Source: Candidatus Latescibacterota bacterium
GTDB lineage: Bacteria > Latescibacterota > UBA2968 > UBA8231
DNA: 64,000 nt
Reading direction: 5' to 3'
Assembly (NCBI GenBank): GCA_965208105.1
Contig: OZ242318.1
Span: 2,336,001-2,400,000 of the forward strand
Shown here: positions 22,286-32,745 of the stretch, piece by piece
Position numbering within the stretch: the first letter of the stretch is position 1
How the letters are laid out: each line of letters starts with the position of its first letter
Translations under genes and position numbers: made by a program
The notes under the pieces: generated by a model
The model's database searches: none
Seen by the model: only the letters and a program-made list of their open reading frames with translations
Told to the model about the DNA's origin: nothing

Positions 22286-22882
22286 ATGGGGCCTTTGCCT
22301 TTAGAAGATCTGATCACTGCCTTCTCCCGGCTCCCCGGTATCGGCCGCAAGACGGCTCAGCGCCTGGCGTTCCATGTCATCAAGAGGCCGAGAGAGGAAG
22401 CCGAAAAGTTGGCCCGAGCCCTGGTAGAGGCCAAGGACAACATCCAATACTGTTCGAAATGCTACAACTATACCGAGCGCGGCGCCGACAGTTGTGAGGT
22501 ATGCAGGGACCCACGCCGTGACCAGACCACCATCTGCGTGGTTGAAGATGCCAGCGACGTGCTTACTCTCGAGCACAACCAGTTGTACCGCGGGATTTAC
22601 CACGTTCTCGGCGGGGCATTGTCCCCGCTCGACGGAATCCGGCCCGACGATTTGCGCATAGGCGAATTGGTGGAGCGGATCAAAGGAGAAAGGGTGGAGG
22701 AAGTCATAATAGGCCTCAATCCCAGCGCCGAAGGCGAGGCGACCGCTGAATACCTTCTTCAGCAGATAGGAACATCTACCAGGGTGACTCGCCTCGCGCG
22801 AGGCTTGCCGGTTGGCTCTGATCTCGACCTGGCCGACAGAATAACCTTGGCGCATGCATTGGAGGGGCGGCATGCCTTCTAA
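22286..22882 (+). CDS. recR: Recombination mediator RecR
   Basis: LPGIGRKTAQRLAF, C4 zinc finger, ICVVE, YHVLGG.LSP.DG, EGEATA. Confidence 0.97.
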   Translation: MGPLPLEDLITAFSRLPGIGRKTAQRLAFHVIKRPREEAEKLARALVEAKDNIQYCSKCYNYTERGADSCEVCRDPRRDQTTICVVEDASDVLTLEHNQLYRGIYHVLGGALSPLDGIRPDDLRIGELVERIKGERVEEVIIGLNPSAEGEATAEYLLQQIGTSTRVTRLARGLPVGSDLDLADRITLAHALEGRHAF

Positions 22883-22899
22883 ACGATCGGGCGACGCCT

Positions 22900-23496
22900 A
22901 TGGATAGCCGGAAGATTATCAATTTGCCCAACACTCTGACGGTTTTGCGAATCTGCCTGACTCCTCTCTTTTTGACCATGCTCTTTGCAGAAACCTGGTA
23001 TTACAAGAGCATGGCCTTTGCTGTTTTTGGAGCAGCGTCCCTGACGGATTTTTACGATGGCAGACTCGCGCGTTCTGCAAACCAGGTAACAGCCCTGGGA
23101 CGCTTCCTCGATCCGCTGGCTGATAAAATCCTTGTAACCTCGGCGTTGATTGCCCTTGTTTTCGGCCGCATGGTCAATTTCTGGCTGGTGGTTCCCATTG
23201 TCTGCCGCGATGTTCTGATTACCTGCCTGCGGCTCTATGACCTTTACCACGGCCGGCAGATGATGACATCGCGGCTTGCAAAGTGGAAAACGACTGTACA
23301 ACTGTTTACCGTGGTATTCATCCTCTTCATCATGAGCTTACAGGAGTTCCTGAATCGATTCAACCAGAATGGCGCCATGCTTTTGGACGGAGGACAGTTT
23401 CAGGTTTTGGCCAACGCTCTGATGACGGGGGTACTGTTGCTCACCCTGCTGTCGGGATTCAACTATTTGCGGAAAAGACAATTCTTCCTGAGATGA
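22900..23496 (+). CDS. pgsA: CDP-diacylglycerol--glycerol-3-phosphate 3-phosphatidyltransferase
   Basis: NLPNTLTVLR, TDFYDGRLAR...GRFLDPLADK, AKWKT. Confidence 0.93.
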   Translation: MDSRKIINLPNTLTVLRICLTPLFLTMLFAETWYYKSMAFAVFGAASLTDFYDGRLARSANQVTALGRFLDPLADKILVTSALIALVFGRMVNFWLVVPIVCRDVLITCLRLYDLYHGRQMMTSRLAKWKTTVQLFTVVFILFIMSLQEFLNRFNQNGAMLLDGGQFQVLANALMTGVLLLTLLSGFNYLRKRQFFLR

Positions 23497-23579
23497 GTTT
23501 CACAGGGGATGGAGGTGGTCCGGATTAGCCGACAAAGAGGTTCATTCCCGGTTCACCCCTTGTTTGTGAGCAAGGTGAA

Positions 23580-24055
23580 ATGGAGGCTGTAAGGAAATAT
23601 TTCCCGCCGTAAAAAAAATCGCCGCCACCCTTTTTTTCTCGGGATATGCTCCAGTTGCTCCAGGTACTGCCGGTAGTGCGCTGACGGCGGTTGTTTATTA
23701 TTATCTATTTCCGTCTCTGGAGGCCGTGGAATGGTTTGTTGTTCTCACGGCCGTTTTTTTTGTTGCCGTATATACCGCAGGCGAGCTGGAACGGACCTGG
23801 GGGAAGGACCCGCGGCGGGTCGTGATCGATGAGGGGATGGGCTTTTTGGTGACGGTGGCCTTCCTTCCTCATGGTTTCTGGACCGCCGTGGTCGGGTTTT
23901 TGCTTTTCAGACTCCTCGATATCCTCAAGCCGGTGCCAATCCGGCGGCTCGAGCGACTGCCAGGAGGTTGGGGAATCGTCGCAGACGACGTAATGGCCGG
24001 CCTGTATGGAAATGCCATAATCAGGATATGGCTCCAACTGGAAGGCGGAATGTAG
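23580..24055 (+). CDS. pgpA: Phosphatidylglycerophosphatase A; apparent 1-nt frameshift near the start or a non-canonical start
   Basis: The frame of 23726..24055 extends upstream through GYAPVAPGTAGS; also DP..VVIDE, FRLLDILKP, GIVADD; ATG 23580 is out of frame. Confidence 0.88.
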
Positions 24056-24115
24056 TCCGAGCCGGAAATTGCTGCCCGCATTGTTTGCCATCAATCTTTC
24101 ACTCGAAGGAAGATC

Positions 24116-25177
24116 ATGGCCAAATCGAACATGCCTGACAACGAAAGATCCAAGGTCAAGGCCCTTGAACTGGCCATAGCGCAGATAGAAAAGCAACACG
24201 GCCAGGGTTCCATCATGCGCCTGGGTGAAAAGGGCGGCATCGTGGAAATTGAAACCATTTCCACCGGGTCCCTGGCTCTGGATGCCGCGCTGGGGATAGG
24301 TGGATTGCCCAAGGGACGGATCGTGGAAATCTACGGTCCCGAGGGCGCCGGAAAGACCATGCTTTCCCTGCACTCGATCAGGGAAGCCCAGAAAACAGGG
24401 GGAACGGCGGCATTCATCGACGCCGAACACGCCCTCGATCTGGCCTTTGCCCAGCGCATTGGAGTTGATGTAGACAACCTGATCATCTCTCAGCCCGACA
24501 GCGGCGAACAGGCCCTGGAAATTGTCGATACCTTGGTGCGCAGCGGAGCCTTTGACGTCATTGTGGTGGATTCGGTGGCCGCCCTCGTGCCACAGGCGGA
24601 GCTGGAAGGCGAAATGGGAGACTCCCACATGGGCCTGCATGCGCGTCTGATGTCGCAAGCCCTGCGCAAGCTCGCCGGCTCTATCAACCGCTCCCGGACA
24701 TGCCTTGTCTTTCTCAACCAGTTGCGCATGAAAATCGGGGTTCTATTCGGCAACCCGGAAACCACGACGGGAGGCCGCGCCCTTCCCTTCTATTCTTCCG
24801 TGCGGCTGGATGTCCGCCGCGTCGCGCGCATTAAGGAGGGAGAGAACGACATCGGCAGCCGGACCCGTGTCAAGGTCGTCAAGAACAAAATGGCCCCTCC
24901 TTTTAGAGAGGCGGAATTCGATGTAATTTTTCATGGGCCTGAGATCGGTGTTTCCTGGGAGGGAGATTTGCTCGACATGGGCGTAGAAAAGGGGCTCGTG
25001 GAAAAAAACGGGGCCTGGTTTTCCTATCGGGGGAATCGAATGGGGCAGGGACGCGACAACGTCAAGAAGTACCTGTCCGATCACGCTGACCTTTCCGGGG
25101 AATTGGAGCAGAAGCTGCGGCGGGAACTGGGGTTGATTCCTCCTGCCGAGGACAGCGGCCATGGCACGAGAGGATGA
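24116..25177 (+). CDS. recA: Recombinase RecA
   Basis: [59 protein letters not shown]. Confidence 0.99.
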   Translation: MAKSNMPDNERSKVKALELAIAQIEKQHGQGSIMRLGEKGGIVEIETISTGSLALDAALGIGGLPKGRIVEIYGPEGAGKTMLSLHSIREAQKTGGTAAFIDAEHALDLAFAQRIGVDVDNLIISQPDSGEQALEIVDTLVRSGAFDVIVVDSVAALVPQAELEGEMGDSHMGLHARLMSQALRKLAGSINRSRTCLVFLNQLRMKIGVLFGNPETTTGGRALPFYSSVRLDVRRVARIKEGENDIGSRTRVKVVKNKMAPPFREAEFDVIFHGPEIGVSWEGDLLDMGVEKGLVEKNGAWFSYRGNRMGQGRDNVKKYLSDHADLSGELEQKLRRELGLIPPAEDSGHGTRG

Positions 25178-25661
25178 AGTCCGCAAGGCCCGGAAAATCG
25201 GCCTTACCTTCCTGGGTGCCAGGGATCGGTCCCTCCAGGAAATGCGGGAACGGCTGCGAAAAAACAGGTTTTCACCAGAGGTTATCGACGAGACCATCGC
25301 TGACCTCCGGCGCCTCAATTTGCTGGATGACCGGATATTCGCACGCCGCTGGGTGGAATCGCGCCTGCAGGGCACGGCCGCGGGTCGGAGAAGATTTGCT
25401 CGTGATTTGCAGCGCAAGGGGGTAGATCCCGAAATAATTGCGGCTGTTCTGGAAGAATTCAAAGATTGTCTCGATTCCGAGGCTGCCGCCGTCAACCTTC
25501 TTCGCCGGGCGGCGAGGCGGTATCGAGGACTCGACAAGGTAAAAGCCAGGCGCCGCATGTTCGGACTCCTGGGCAGGCGTGGATATGAAGGCGAAACCGC
25601 AATCAAGGCAATTGACCAGGTCTGGGAAGAGATAGAGCGCAATGATCTCAAGGGAGATTAG
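25161..25661 (+). CDS. recX: Regulatory protein RecX
   Basis: [34 protein letters not shown]; overlaps the end of recA. Confidence 0.9.
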   Translation: MAREDEVRKARKIGLTFLGARDRSLQEMRERLRKNRFSPEVIDETIADLRRLNLLDDRIFARRWVESRLQGTAAGRRRFARDLQRKGVDPEIIAAVLEEFKDCLDSEAAAVNLLRRAARRYRGLDKVKARRRMFGLLGRRGYEGETAIKAIDQVWEEIERNDLKGD

Positions 25662-28257
25662 GGAGACATTCCTGCGGTTTTTCGAGGAGCGCGGACACCA
25701 TCGGGTCCCCAGTGCTCCCGTGGTTCCCGGAAATGATCCCACCCTCCACTTCACCAACGCGGGCATGAACCAGTTCAAGGACGTATTCCTGGGCACTGGC
25801 AGGCGCAGCTATACGCGGGCGGTGGACACGCAAAAATGCATCCGCAGCTCCGGCAAGCACAACGATCTCGAAGAGGTTGGCAGTAGCCCCTGGCACCATA
25901 CCTTTTTTGAAATGCTGGGCAACTGGTCCTTTGGAGATTACTTCAAAAAGGAAGCCATTGAATGGGCCTGGGAACTGGCAACCGAACACCTGGGCCTGGA
26001 AAAGGAACGTCTCTGGAGCACTGTCTTTGAAGGCGACGAGGCCGCGGGCCTCGAAGCGGATGTAGAGGCGGAATCACTCTGGACCGAATGCACCGACCAG
26101 CCCCTCGAGCGGGTGGTGCGACTTCCTGGTGCGGAGGTATTCTGGGAGATGGGCTCCACCGGTCCGTGCGGGCCCTCCTCGGAGTTGCACTACTACCTCG
26201 GAGCCGATCTTTCCAGGCAGTCCAGAGCGGACTTCGTTCGTGGCGAAAAGGACTACGTGGAGATTTGGAATCTGGTATTCATTCAGTACAATCGGGACGA
26301 GACCGGCAAACTTCACCCTCTTCCTTCGGTTCATGTGGATACGGGGATGGGACTGGAGCGAATGTGCAGTATTCTTCAAGGGGTGCACAGCAATTACGAT
26401 ACAGACCTCTTTCAGCCCCTGATCGCCCGCATCGCTGAGTTGACCGCCAAGGATTGCAGCGGCGAATACGTCGTACCCATGCAGGTAGTTGCCGACCATG
26501 CTCGTGCCTTGTGCTTTGCCATCGCCGATGGTGCCCTCCCATCAAACGAAGGCGCGGGCTACGTTTTGCGGCGCCTGCTGCGCCGGGCGGCACGCTACGG
26601 CCGTCAGCTGGACCAGCAGGAGCCCTTTATCCACCTGTTGGCACCCACGGTGGCGGATGTATATCGCAATGTATTCCCTGAAGTAGCCGATAAATGCGCC
26701 CATATCTCCCTGGTCCTCCGCTCCGAAGAGGAGAGCTTCGGCAAGACCCTGGACCGCGGCCTGGAAATCTTCGACCGATACAGCCAGAAAGGTGAAATTT
26801 CGGGTACTGATGCGTTTCAACTCTACGACACCTACGGCTTCCCTCTCGACCTTACCCAACTGTTGGCACGCGAGCGCGGGCTCGAGATATATACGGAAGG
26901 GTTCGATCGCGAATTGGAGAAACAGCGGCAACGGGCGAGGCAGGCGGCCAAAGCCCAGGTAGCGGGAACCGGGGAAATGGGGAGCATGCTGGAAGGGGCG
27001 CATTCGCGCTTCATCGGCTACGGGGAATTGGCGGCCGATTCCAAAGTGCTGCATGCCGAAGAGGACGAAAAAGGGAACATCCTGTTCTTCCTGGACCAAA
27101 CGCCCTTCTTCGCCGAATCCGGCGGCCAGGTCGGCGATAAGGGCCTGGTCAAGGGCTGCGACTTCGCCATCCAGGTAGAAAATACCCTGAAGGCCCGCGG
27201 CGGCCACATGCACATAGGCAGGCTGCAGGAAGGAGAGAGCCGGGCAGTAGAGGGAATGGTGCAGGCTCAGGTGGACCCGGAGGTCCGCAAAGCCACGGCA
27301 CGCAACCATACTGCCACCCACCTTCTGCACGAAGCTCTGCGCCGGGTCCTGGGAGACCACGTTGCCCAGATGGGTTCGCTGGTAGCCTCCGAGCGTCTGC
27401 GCTTTGACTTCTCCCATTTTGCTTCCCTCGAGCCGGAACACCTGCGCGAGATCGAATCCATGGTAAACGACAGGGTCCGCGCCGGCCTGGAGGTCTCCAC
27501 CTTCGAGGAGAATCTTGAAAAAGCCAGGGAGATGGGGGCGCAGGCTCTGTTCGGAGAGAAATACGAAGACCGGGTGCGGGTGGTGCGTATCGGGGACTTC
27601 AGCCTCGAACTTTGCGGTGGAACCCACGTGGATTCAACTAGCGAAATCGGCCTTTTTCACATGTCCGCCGAAGGGGGCATCGCGGCAGGTATCCGCCGGG
27701 TCGAAGCCTTCACGGGCCAGGAAACCGAGCAAATCATGCGCTCCCACCACGGACTGATCCTGCAGATGAGCAATCTGCTGAACGTTCGGGCCGCGGAACT
27801 TCCCCAAAAGCTCGAAGGACTGTTGCATCGCAACCGGGAGCTGGAGAGCAGGCTGGAAGCTCTGCAGCGGCAGGACGCCCGCCAGCTCGGAATCGAACTG
27901 GCCGCACAAGCTCGGGAAATGGAGAAGGTCAGGGTGCTCGCTGCCAGGGTTGAAGTCGAGGAGGCAGGGGCCTTGAGGACTTTGGCCGACAACCTGCGCG
28001 AGCACCTGGGCTCGGGGCTCGGGGTGGTCGGCACCGTGCTGAATGGCAAGGTATCCCTCATCGCGGTCGTCACCCCGGACCTTATCGAAACCAGGGGCCT
28101 GAAGGCCGGCGACATCGTCAAGCGCGTTGCCCGGCTGGTTGGCGGGTCCGGAGGCGGCAAACCCCATCTGGCCCAGGCCGGCGGCAAAGACGCGGAAAAA
28201 TTGGATCAGGCCCTTGCGGCCGTGCCCGGCATCGTCAAGGAACTGCTGGCTGAGTAA
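25642..28257 (+). CDS. alaS: Alanine--tRNA ligase
   Basis: FTNAGMNQFK, HHTFFEMLGNWSFGDYFK, DTGMGLER, LYDTYGFP, NHTATHLLH, ELCGGTH, GGGK..AQAGG. Confidence 0.99.
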   Translation: MISREIRETFLRFFEERGHHRVPSAPVVPGNDPTLHFTNAGMNQFKDVFLGTGRRSYTRAVDTQKCIRSSGKHNDLEEVGSSPWHHTFFEMLGNWSFGDYFKKEAIEWAWELATEHLGLEKERLWSTVFEGDEAAGLEADVEAESLWTECTDQPLERVVRLPGAEVFWEMGSTGPCGPSSELHYYLGADLSRQSRADFVRGEKDYVEIWNLVFIQYNRDETGKLHPLPSVHVDTGMGLERMCSILQGVHSNYDTDLFQPLIARIAELTAKDCSGEYVVPMQVVADHARALCFAIADGALPSNEGAGYVLRRLLRRAARYGRQLDQQEPFIHLLAPTVADVYRNVFPEVADKCAHISLVLRSEEESFGKTLDRGLEIFDRYSQKGEISGTDAFQLYDTYGFPLDLTQLLARERGLEIYTEGFDRELEKQRQRARQAAKAQVAGTGEMGSMLEGAHSRFIGYGELAADSKVLHAEEDEKGNILFFLDQTPFFAESGGQVGDKGLVKGCDFAIQVENTLKARGGHMHIGRLQEGESRAVEGMVQAQVDPEVRKATARNHTATHLLHEALRRVLGDHVAQMGSLVASERLRFDFSHFASLEPEHLREIESMVNDRVRAGLEVSTFEENLEKAREMGAQALFGEKYEDRVRVVRIGDFSLELCGGTHVDSTSEIGLFHMSAEGGIAAGIRRVEAFTGQETEQIMRSHHGLILQMSNLLNVRAAELPQKLEGLLHRNRELESRLEALQRQDARQLGIELAAQAREMEKVRVLAARVEVEEAGALRTLADNLREHLGSGLGVVGTVLNGKVSLIAVVTPDLIETRGLKAGDIVKRVARLVGGSGGGKPHLAQAGGKDAEKLDQALAAVPGIVKELLAE

Positions 28258-28267
28258 GGGAGGGAAC

Positions 28268-29008
28268 TTGGCTACAATACTGGATTACCTTCTGGAAGTA
28301 AGGGAAAAACGGGGGGCAGGTTTTTTGCCGCTGCTCGACCCCGACCGCCTGATGCCGGAAGAACTGGAACGCCGGGCAACGCTCTGCGCAGAAGCGGGCG
28401 CCGACGCGATTCTGGTGGGAACCAGTCTGATGATGAACGATTACACCGCGGTTTTCGAGCGCATCAGAGACGCAGTAGACATTCCGGCAATCAGCTTTCC
28501 AGGAGGCGCCGGACAGGTAGTACCTGGTTCCGCTGCGATTCTCTTTCTTTCCGTGATCAGCGGCCGCAACCCCGAGCTGCTGATTGGCCAGCAGGTCAAA
28601 GGAGCTCCGCTGCTCAAGGAATATGGAGTGGAAATCATATCGACAGGCTATATGCTCATTGAGTCGGGCACCTTTACCTCGGTGGAGTTCATGAGCAACA
28701 CCCGCCCCATACCGCGCAATAAATGTGACATTGCCATGGCCCACGCTCTCGCGGCAGAATACATCGGCATGAAGCTGATCTACCTGGAAGCGGGTAGTGG
28801 GGCCTTGGAACCTGTGCCTGACGAGATGGTGCGAGCGGTGGTGGACTACATTTCTCTCCCGGTCATTGTCGGGGGAGGGATTCGGGATGCAGAGAGCGCC
28901 CGCTCCAAGGTCGACGCCGGAGCGGGCTTCGTGGTAACCGGAACCGTCATAGAGGAGGACCCCGGGCGCTTGCGCGAATTGAGTGCGGCCGTCCATACGA
29001 AAGAATGA
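28268..29008 (+). CDS. Geranylgeranylglyceryl phosphate synthase (group II GGGPS / PcrB family)
   Basis: LLDPD, DAILVG, FPG, SVISGRNPELLIGQQ, TGYMLIESG, YLEAGSGA, VGGGIR, VTGT; TTG start after GGGAGG. Confidence 0.9.
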   Translation: MATILDYLLEVREKRGAGFLPLLDPDRLMPEELERRATLCAEAGADAILVGTSLMMNDYTAVFERIRDAVDIPAISFPGGAGQVVPGSAAILFLSVISGRNPELLIGQQVKGAPLLKEYGVEIISTGYMLIESGTFTSVEFMSNTRPIPRNKCDIAMAHALAAEYIGMKLIYLEAGSGALEPVPDEMVRAVVDYISLPVIVGGGIRDAESARSKVDAGAGFVVTGTVIEEDPGRLRELSAAVHTKE

Positions 29009-29117
29009 AGGGAACCCTGCGCCAGCGGCGCCGGACCCCGGGGGATGGCGGATTGGGGTGGGCAGGGACCGTCCCACCGGAGCCGGAGAGGTGAAAACAG
29101 GTTGCCGGGACGTGTAA

Positions 29118-29390
29118 ATGTTCGCCAAAAAAGTTACGATCAATAATCCCCTGGGACTTCACGCCCGGCCGGCGGCCCTGGTTGTTCAGCAAGCCTCCAG
29201 ATTCAAGGCGGAGACCTTTCTATCCCGGGAAGGAGTCGCGCGCGTGAACGGGAAAAGCGTCATGGGCGTCATGACCCTTGCCGCCGAACAGGGATCGGAA
29301 ATCACCATCGAAGCCGAGGGCAGGGACGCGGAAGAAGCGGTGGAGGTCCTGGCCAAGCTCCTGCAAAGCAACTTCGAGGAACAGGCTTGA
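29118..29390 (+). CDS. ptsH: Phosphocarrier protein HPr
   Basis: GLHARPAA (His15), NGKSVMGVMTL (Ser46). Confidence 0.95.
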   Translation: MFAKKVTINNPLGLHARPAALVVQQASRFKAETFLSREGVARVNGKSVMGVMTLAAEQGSEITIEAEGRDAEEAVEVLAKLLQSNFEEQA

Positions 29391-31168
29391 TGCAATCCAC
29401 AGGATACAAAAGACTCAGGGGAATTCCTGCCTCGCCAGGGATTGCAATTGGCAGAGCATTCATCTACCGCAAAGAGACGCCCCGCATTTCCACGCGGAGG
29501 ATTCCCGCAGGCCGGGTCGAGGCGGAAGTCGAGCGTTTTCTCAACAGTTTGCACCAGGCCGGCGAAGAAATACGCCGCATCCAGCATCTGGTCGAGGTGG
29601 AGCAGGGCTCGGACATGGCCCAGATTTTCGAAGCCCAGCGGGCAATGCTCGAAGACGTGGAGGTGAAGGACCAGACCTTGAAATTGATTCGCGAAAGGCA
29701 TTTCTCCGCCGAGCAGGCCTTCTCGGTGACCCTGGGGCAAATGAAGAGAGTATTCGAAGACATTGAGAATGAATACCTGCGAGCCCGGTTGAGCGATGTC
29801 GTGGACATCGAGCACCAGGTGCTGGTCCGCATGGCCGGCGGTGAACTCAAGGCCTTGCATGCCTTGCGGGCAAATACGGTGGTCGTACTGCACGACCTCC
29901 TGCCTTCTGAAGTGGTGCAGTTGGGACGGAGACCGGTCAAGGGAATCGTCACCGATGCCGGTGGAGCCACGTCTCACACCAGCATTATCGCCCGCTCCAT
30001 GGGGCTGCCCACAATCGTCGGCGCGGGAAATGGTTCCAGGGAAATAAAATCCGGCGACCTCGTCATCGTGGACGGCAATGAGGGCGTCGTCCACGTACGT
30101 CCCGGTCAGGAAGTTCTGCGTTTCTACCGCACCCAGCGGCGGCGTCAGTTGCGGCGCGAGCGCGACCTGAGTGCGCGCCGGGAATTGCCTGCCGTGACCC
30201 TGGACCACCAGGACATCGTATTGATGGCCAATGTCGATGTGCCGAATGAGCTGCAGCTTGCCATCGACAATGGCGCCCGCGGTGTGGGGATGTACCGGAC
30301 GGAATTCCTCTACATGGGCTACCGCTTGCCAAGCGAAACTGAGCAGCTGGATTGCTACGCTCATATTGTCGAAGCGGCGGCTCCTCACCCCGTGGTGATT
30401 CGGACCATAGATCTGGGAGGGGACAAACTTGCCCACATCCTGAATACGGCCCCCGAGTCCAACCCGTTCCTCGGATGGCGGGGCATCCGGATCTGCCTGG
30501 ATACACCGGACCTGTTCAAAACGCAACTGCGCGCGCTCCTGAGAGCGGGCACCAGGGGTGAAGTGCAGATTCTCCTTCCCATGGTCTCGAGCATCAATGA
30601 ATTGCGTCGCGCCCGGGCCATCCTCGAAGAGGCAAAGTACGAGCTTCGCGCCGAGACCAGCTCATTCCAGGAGGAATGCAAGGTAGGGGTCATGGTGGAG
30701 GTCCCTTCGGTTGCGCTCATGGCGGAGCAGTTTGCCCCCGAGACTGATTTCTTCAGCCTGGGGACCAACGACCTGACCCAGTACACACTTGCGGTCGACC
30801 GCGGCACGGCGCGGGTGGCCAACCTCTACGACCCCTATCATCCGGCAGTCTTGAAATTGATGAAAATAGTGGCGGACACTGGTAAAAGGCACCATATTCC
30901 GGTGAGTATATGCGGCGAAATGGCCGGCGATCCATTGGCTACAATTCTTCTCCTGGGCATGGGTATTGAATCACTGAGCATCAGCCCGGGAATGATCCCG
31001 GAGGTCAAGGAAGTCGTTCGTGCGGTGAACCTGGCCGAAGCCCGCAAAATAGCCAATCACTGCCTGGATCTGGGAACCGGATCGAAGGTGCGTGAATTCC
31101 TGAAAGACGCCGTGCAGGCACATCTGGACATTCCGCCTTCATGGCAAAGCTGGAAAGAATCCCGATAG
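29390..31168 (+). CDS. ptsI: PTS enzyme I
   Basis: [49 protein letters not shown]. Confidence 0.97.
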   Translation: MQSTGYKRLRGIPASPGIAIGRAFIYRKETPRISTRRIPAGRVEAEVERFLNSLHQAGEEIRRIQHLVEVEQGSDMAQIFEAQRAMLEDVEVKDQTLKLIRERHFSAEQAFSVTLGQMKRVFEDIENEYLRARLSDVVDIEHQVLVRMAGGELKALHALRANTVVVLHDLLPSEVVQLGRRPVKGIVTDAGGATSHTSIIARSMGLPTIVGAGNGSREIKSGDLVIVDGNEGVVHVRPGQEVLRFYRTQRRRQLRRERDLSARRELPAVTLDHQDIVLMANVDVPNELQLAIDNGARGVGMYRTEFLYMGYRLPSETEQLDCYAHIVEAAAPHPVVIRTIDLGGDKLAHILNTAPESNPFLGWRGIRICLDTPDLFKTQLRALLRAGTRGEVQILLPMVSSINELRRARAILEEAKYELRAETSSFQEECKVGVMVEVPSVALMAEQFAPETDFFSLGTNDLTQYTLAVDRGTARVANLYDPYHPAVLKLMKIVADTGKRHHIPVSICGEMAGDPLATILLLGMGIESLSISPGMIPEVKEVVRAVNLAEARKIANHCLDLGTGSKVREFLKDAVQAHLDIPPSWQSWKESR

Positions 31169-31280
31169 ATCCGACCAAGTCGATAACACCACCGGTTCCC
31201 CCACTGACCCTTTTCCAGGCAAGCCAGCTTTTCGGACCTCATACCCGCCAGTCCCAACAATCGCGCAGCAAGGAGCAGAT

Positions 31281-32447
31281 ATGCCCAGATTTCTTTTCAC
31301 CTCCGAATCCGTATCCGAAGGACACCCGGACAAAGTCGCCGACCAGATTTCAGACGCCATCCTGGACGCCATGCTGGATCAGGACCCTTCTTCAAGGGTA
31401 GCCTGTGAGACCCTCGTCACCACCGGGCAGGTAATGGTCGCCGGAGAAATCACGACCCGGGCCCAGGTGAACATTCAAGGCCTGGTCCGCGAAACCATCA
31501 AGAAGATCGGCTACACCGACCCGGAATACGGCTTCGACTATCGCTCCTGCGGCATCCTGGTGGCACTGGACAGACAATCACCCGATATTTCCCAGGGGGT
31601 CGACGAGGCTGCCGGCCTCCACAGCGAGCAGGGAGCCGGCGACCAGGGTATGATGTTTGGCTACGCCTGCCGCGAGACTCCGCAGTTGATGCCCCTGCCA
31701 ATCATGCTGGCGCACCGGCTTCTGGAGCATCTGGCGAGATTGCGCAAACAGAAGAAGCTGCCCTACCTGCGACCTGATGCAAAGTCCCAGGTGACCGTCG
31801 AATATGTCGACGGCAAGCCCCGGCGCGTGGATACGGTCGTGATCTCCACCCAGCACGATCCCGGAACGGGGCACAGGAAGATCGCCGGCGACATGATCCG
31901 CCAGGTCATAAACAAGGTCATTCCTGCCAGGTACCTGGACCAGGACACCATTTTCCATGTGAACCCCACCGGCCGTTTTGTCGTGGGCGGCCCCCAGGGG
32001 GACTGTGGGCTGACCGGGCGCAAAATCATCGTCGACACCTATGGCGGCATGTGCCCCCACGGCGGCGGGGCATTCTCTGGCAAAGACCCCAGCAAAGTTG
32101 ACCGCAGCGCGCACTACATGGCGCGCTACATCGCCAAGAACATCGTCGCCGCCCGCCTTGCTTCTCGCTGCCAGGTGCAACTGGCATATGCCATCGGCGT
32201 GGCTCAGCCGGTGTCGGTGCTTGTAGACACCCAGGGCACGGGAACACTGGGAGACGAAGATCTCGCCGCCCTGATCGACGATGTATTCAATCTGACCCCC
32301 AAGGGAATTATCAAGACATTGAAATTGCTCCGCCCAATCTACAAAGATACAGCGAACTATGGGCACTTCGGGCGCAAATTGGCCAATTTTACCTGGGAAA
32401 AGACCGACAAGGTCGATGTCCTGAGGAGAAAAGCGGGCACCGGCTAG
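31281..32447 (+). CDS. metK: S-adenosylmethionine synthetase
   Basis: [47 protein letters not shown]. Confidence 0.99.
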   Translation: MPRFLFTSESVSEGHPDKVADQISDAILDAMLDQDPSSRVACETLVTTGQVMVAGEITTRAQVNIQGLVRETIKKIGYTDPEYGFDYRSCGILVALDRQSPDISQGVDEAAGLHSEQGAGDQGMMFGYACRETPQLMPLPIMLAHRLLEHLARLRKQKKLPYLRPDAKSQVTVEYVDGKPRRVDTVVISTQHDPGTGHRKIAGDMIRQVINKVIPARYLDQDTIFHVNPTGRFVVGGPQGDCGLTGRKIIVDTYGGMCPHGGGAFSGKDPSKVDRSAHYMARYIAKNIVAARLASRCQVQLAYAIGVAQPVSVLVDTQGTGTLGDEDLAALIDDVFNLTPKGIIKTLKLLRPIYKDTANYGHFGRKLANFTWEKTDKVDVLRRKAGTG

Positions 32448-32612
32448 TGTCCCGTCGCAGAGATAGGTTGGACGAAATTGGGCCGCCGAGGCGCCAGGCT
32501 CACAAGGCGCCTGAGCGAGTCGTACCAGTGGTGTACAGCGAGTGAAGGCAACGCCGTGAGCCTGGATGGATCGGCGGAAAAATGGCGACATATTTCTGCG
32601 ACGGGACACTAG
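32444..32612. mobile_element. MITE-like repeat, copy 1
   Basis: Terminal inverted repeats CTAGTGTCCCGTCGCAGAGATA ... TATTTCTGCGACGGGACACTAG; non-coding; near-identical copy at 60733. Confidence 0.88.
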
Positions 32613-32745
32613 CGCGAGCCTGGATGATTGGTCCGCATGCGGGTAATCGGGCTCCTTCGCGGCGGGCAGCATAGCGAATTCCGAGGGCAGATCAGTAATT
32701 CCATTGCGGGAAATCCTCCCGCGGTCCACAGATGAGGGTCGCACC

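Noticed and set aside
31169-31280. Possible SAM riboswitch upstream of metK
   Set aside because: No recognisable SAM-I or SAM-II core motifs, and no terminator
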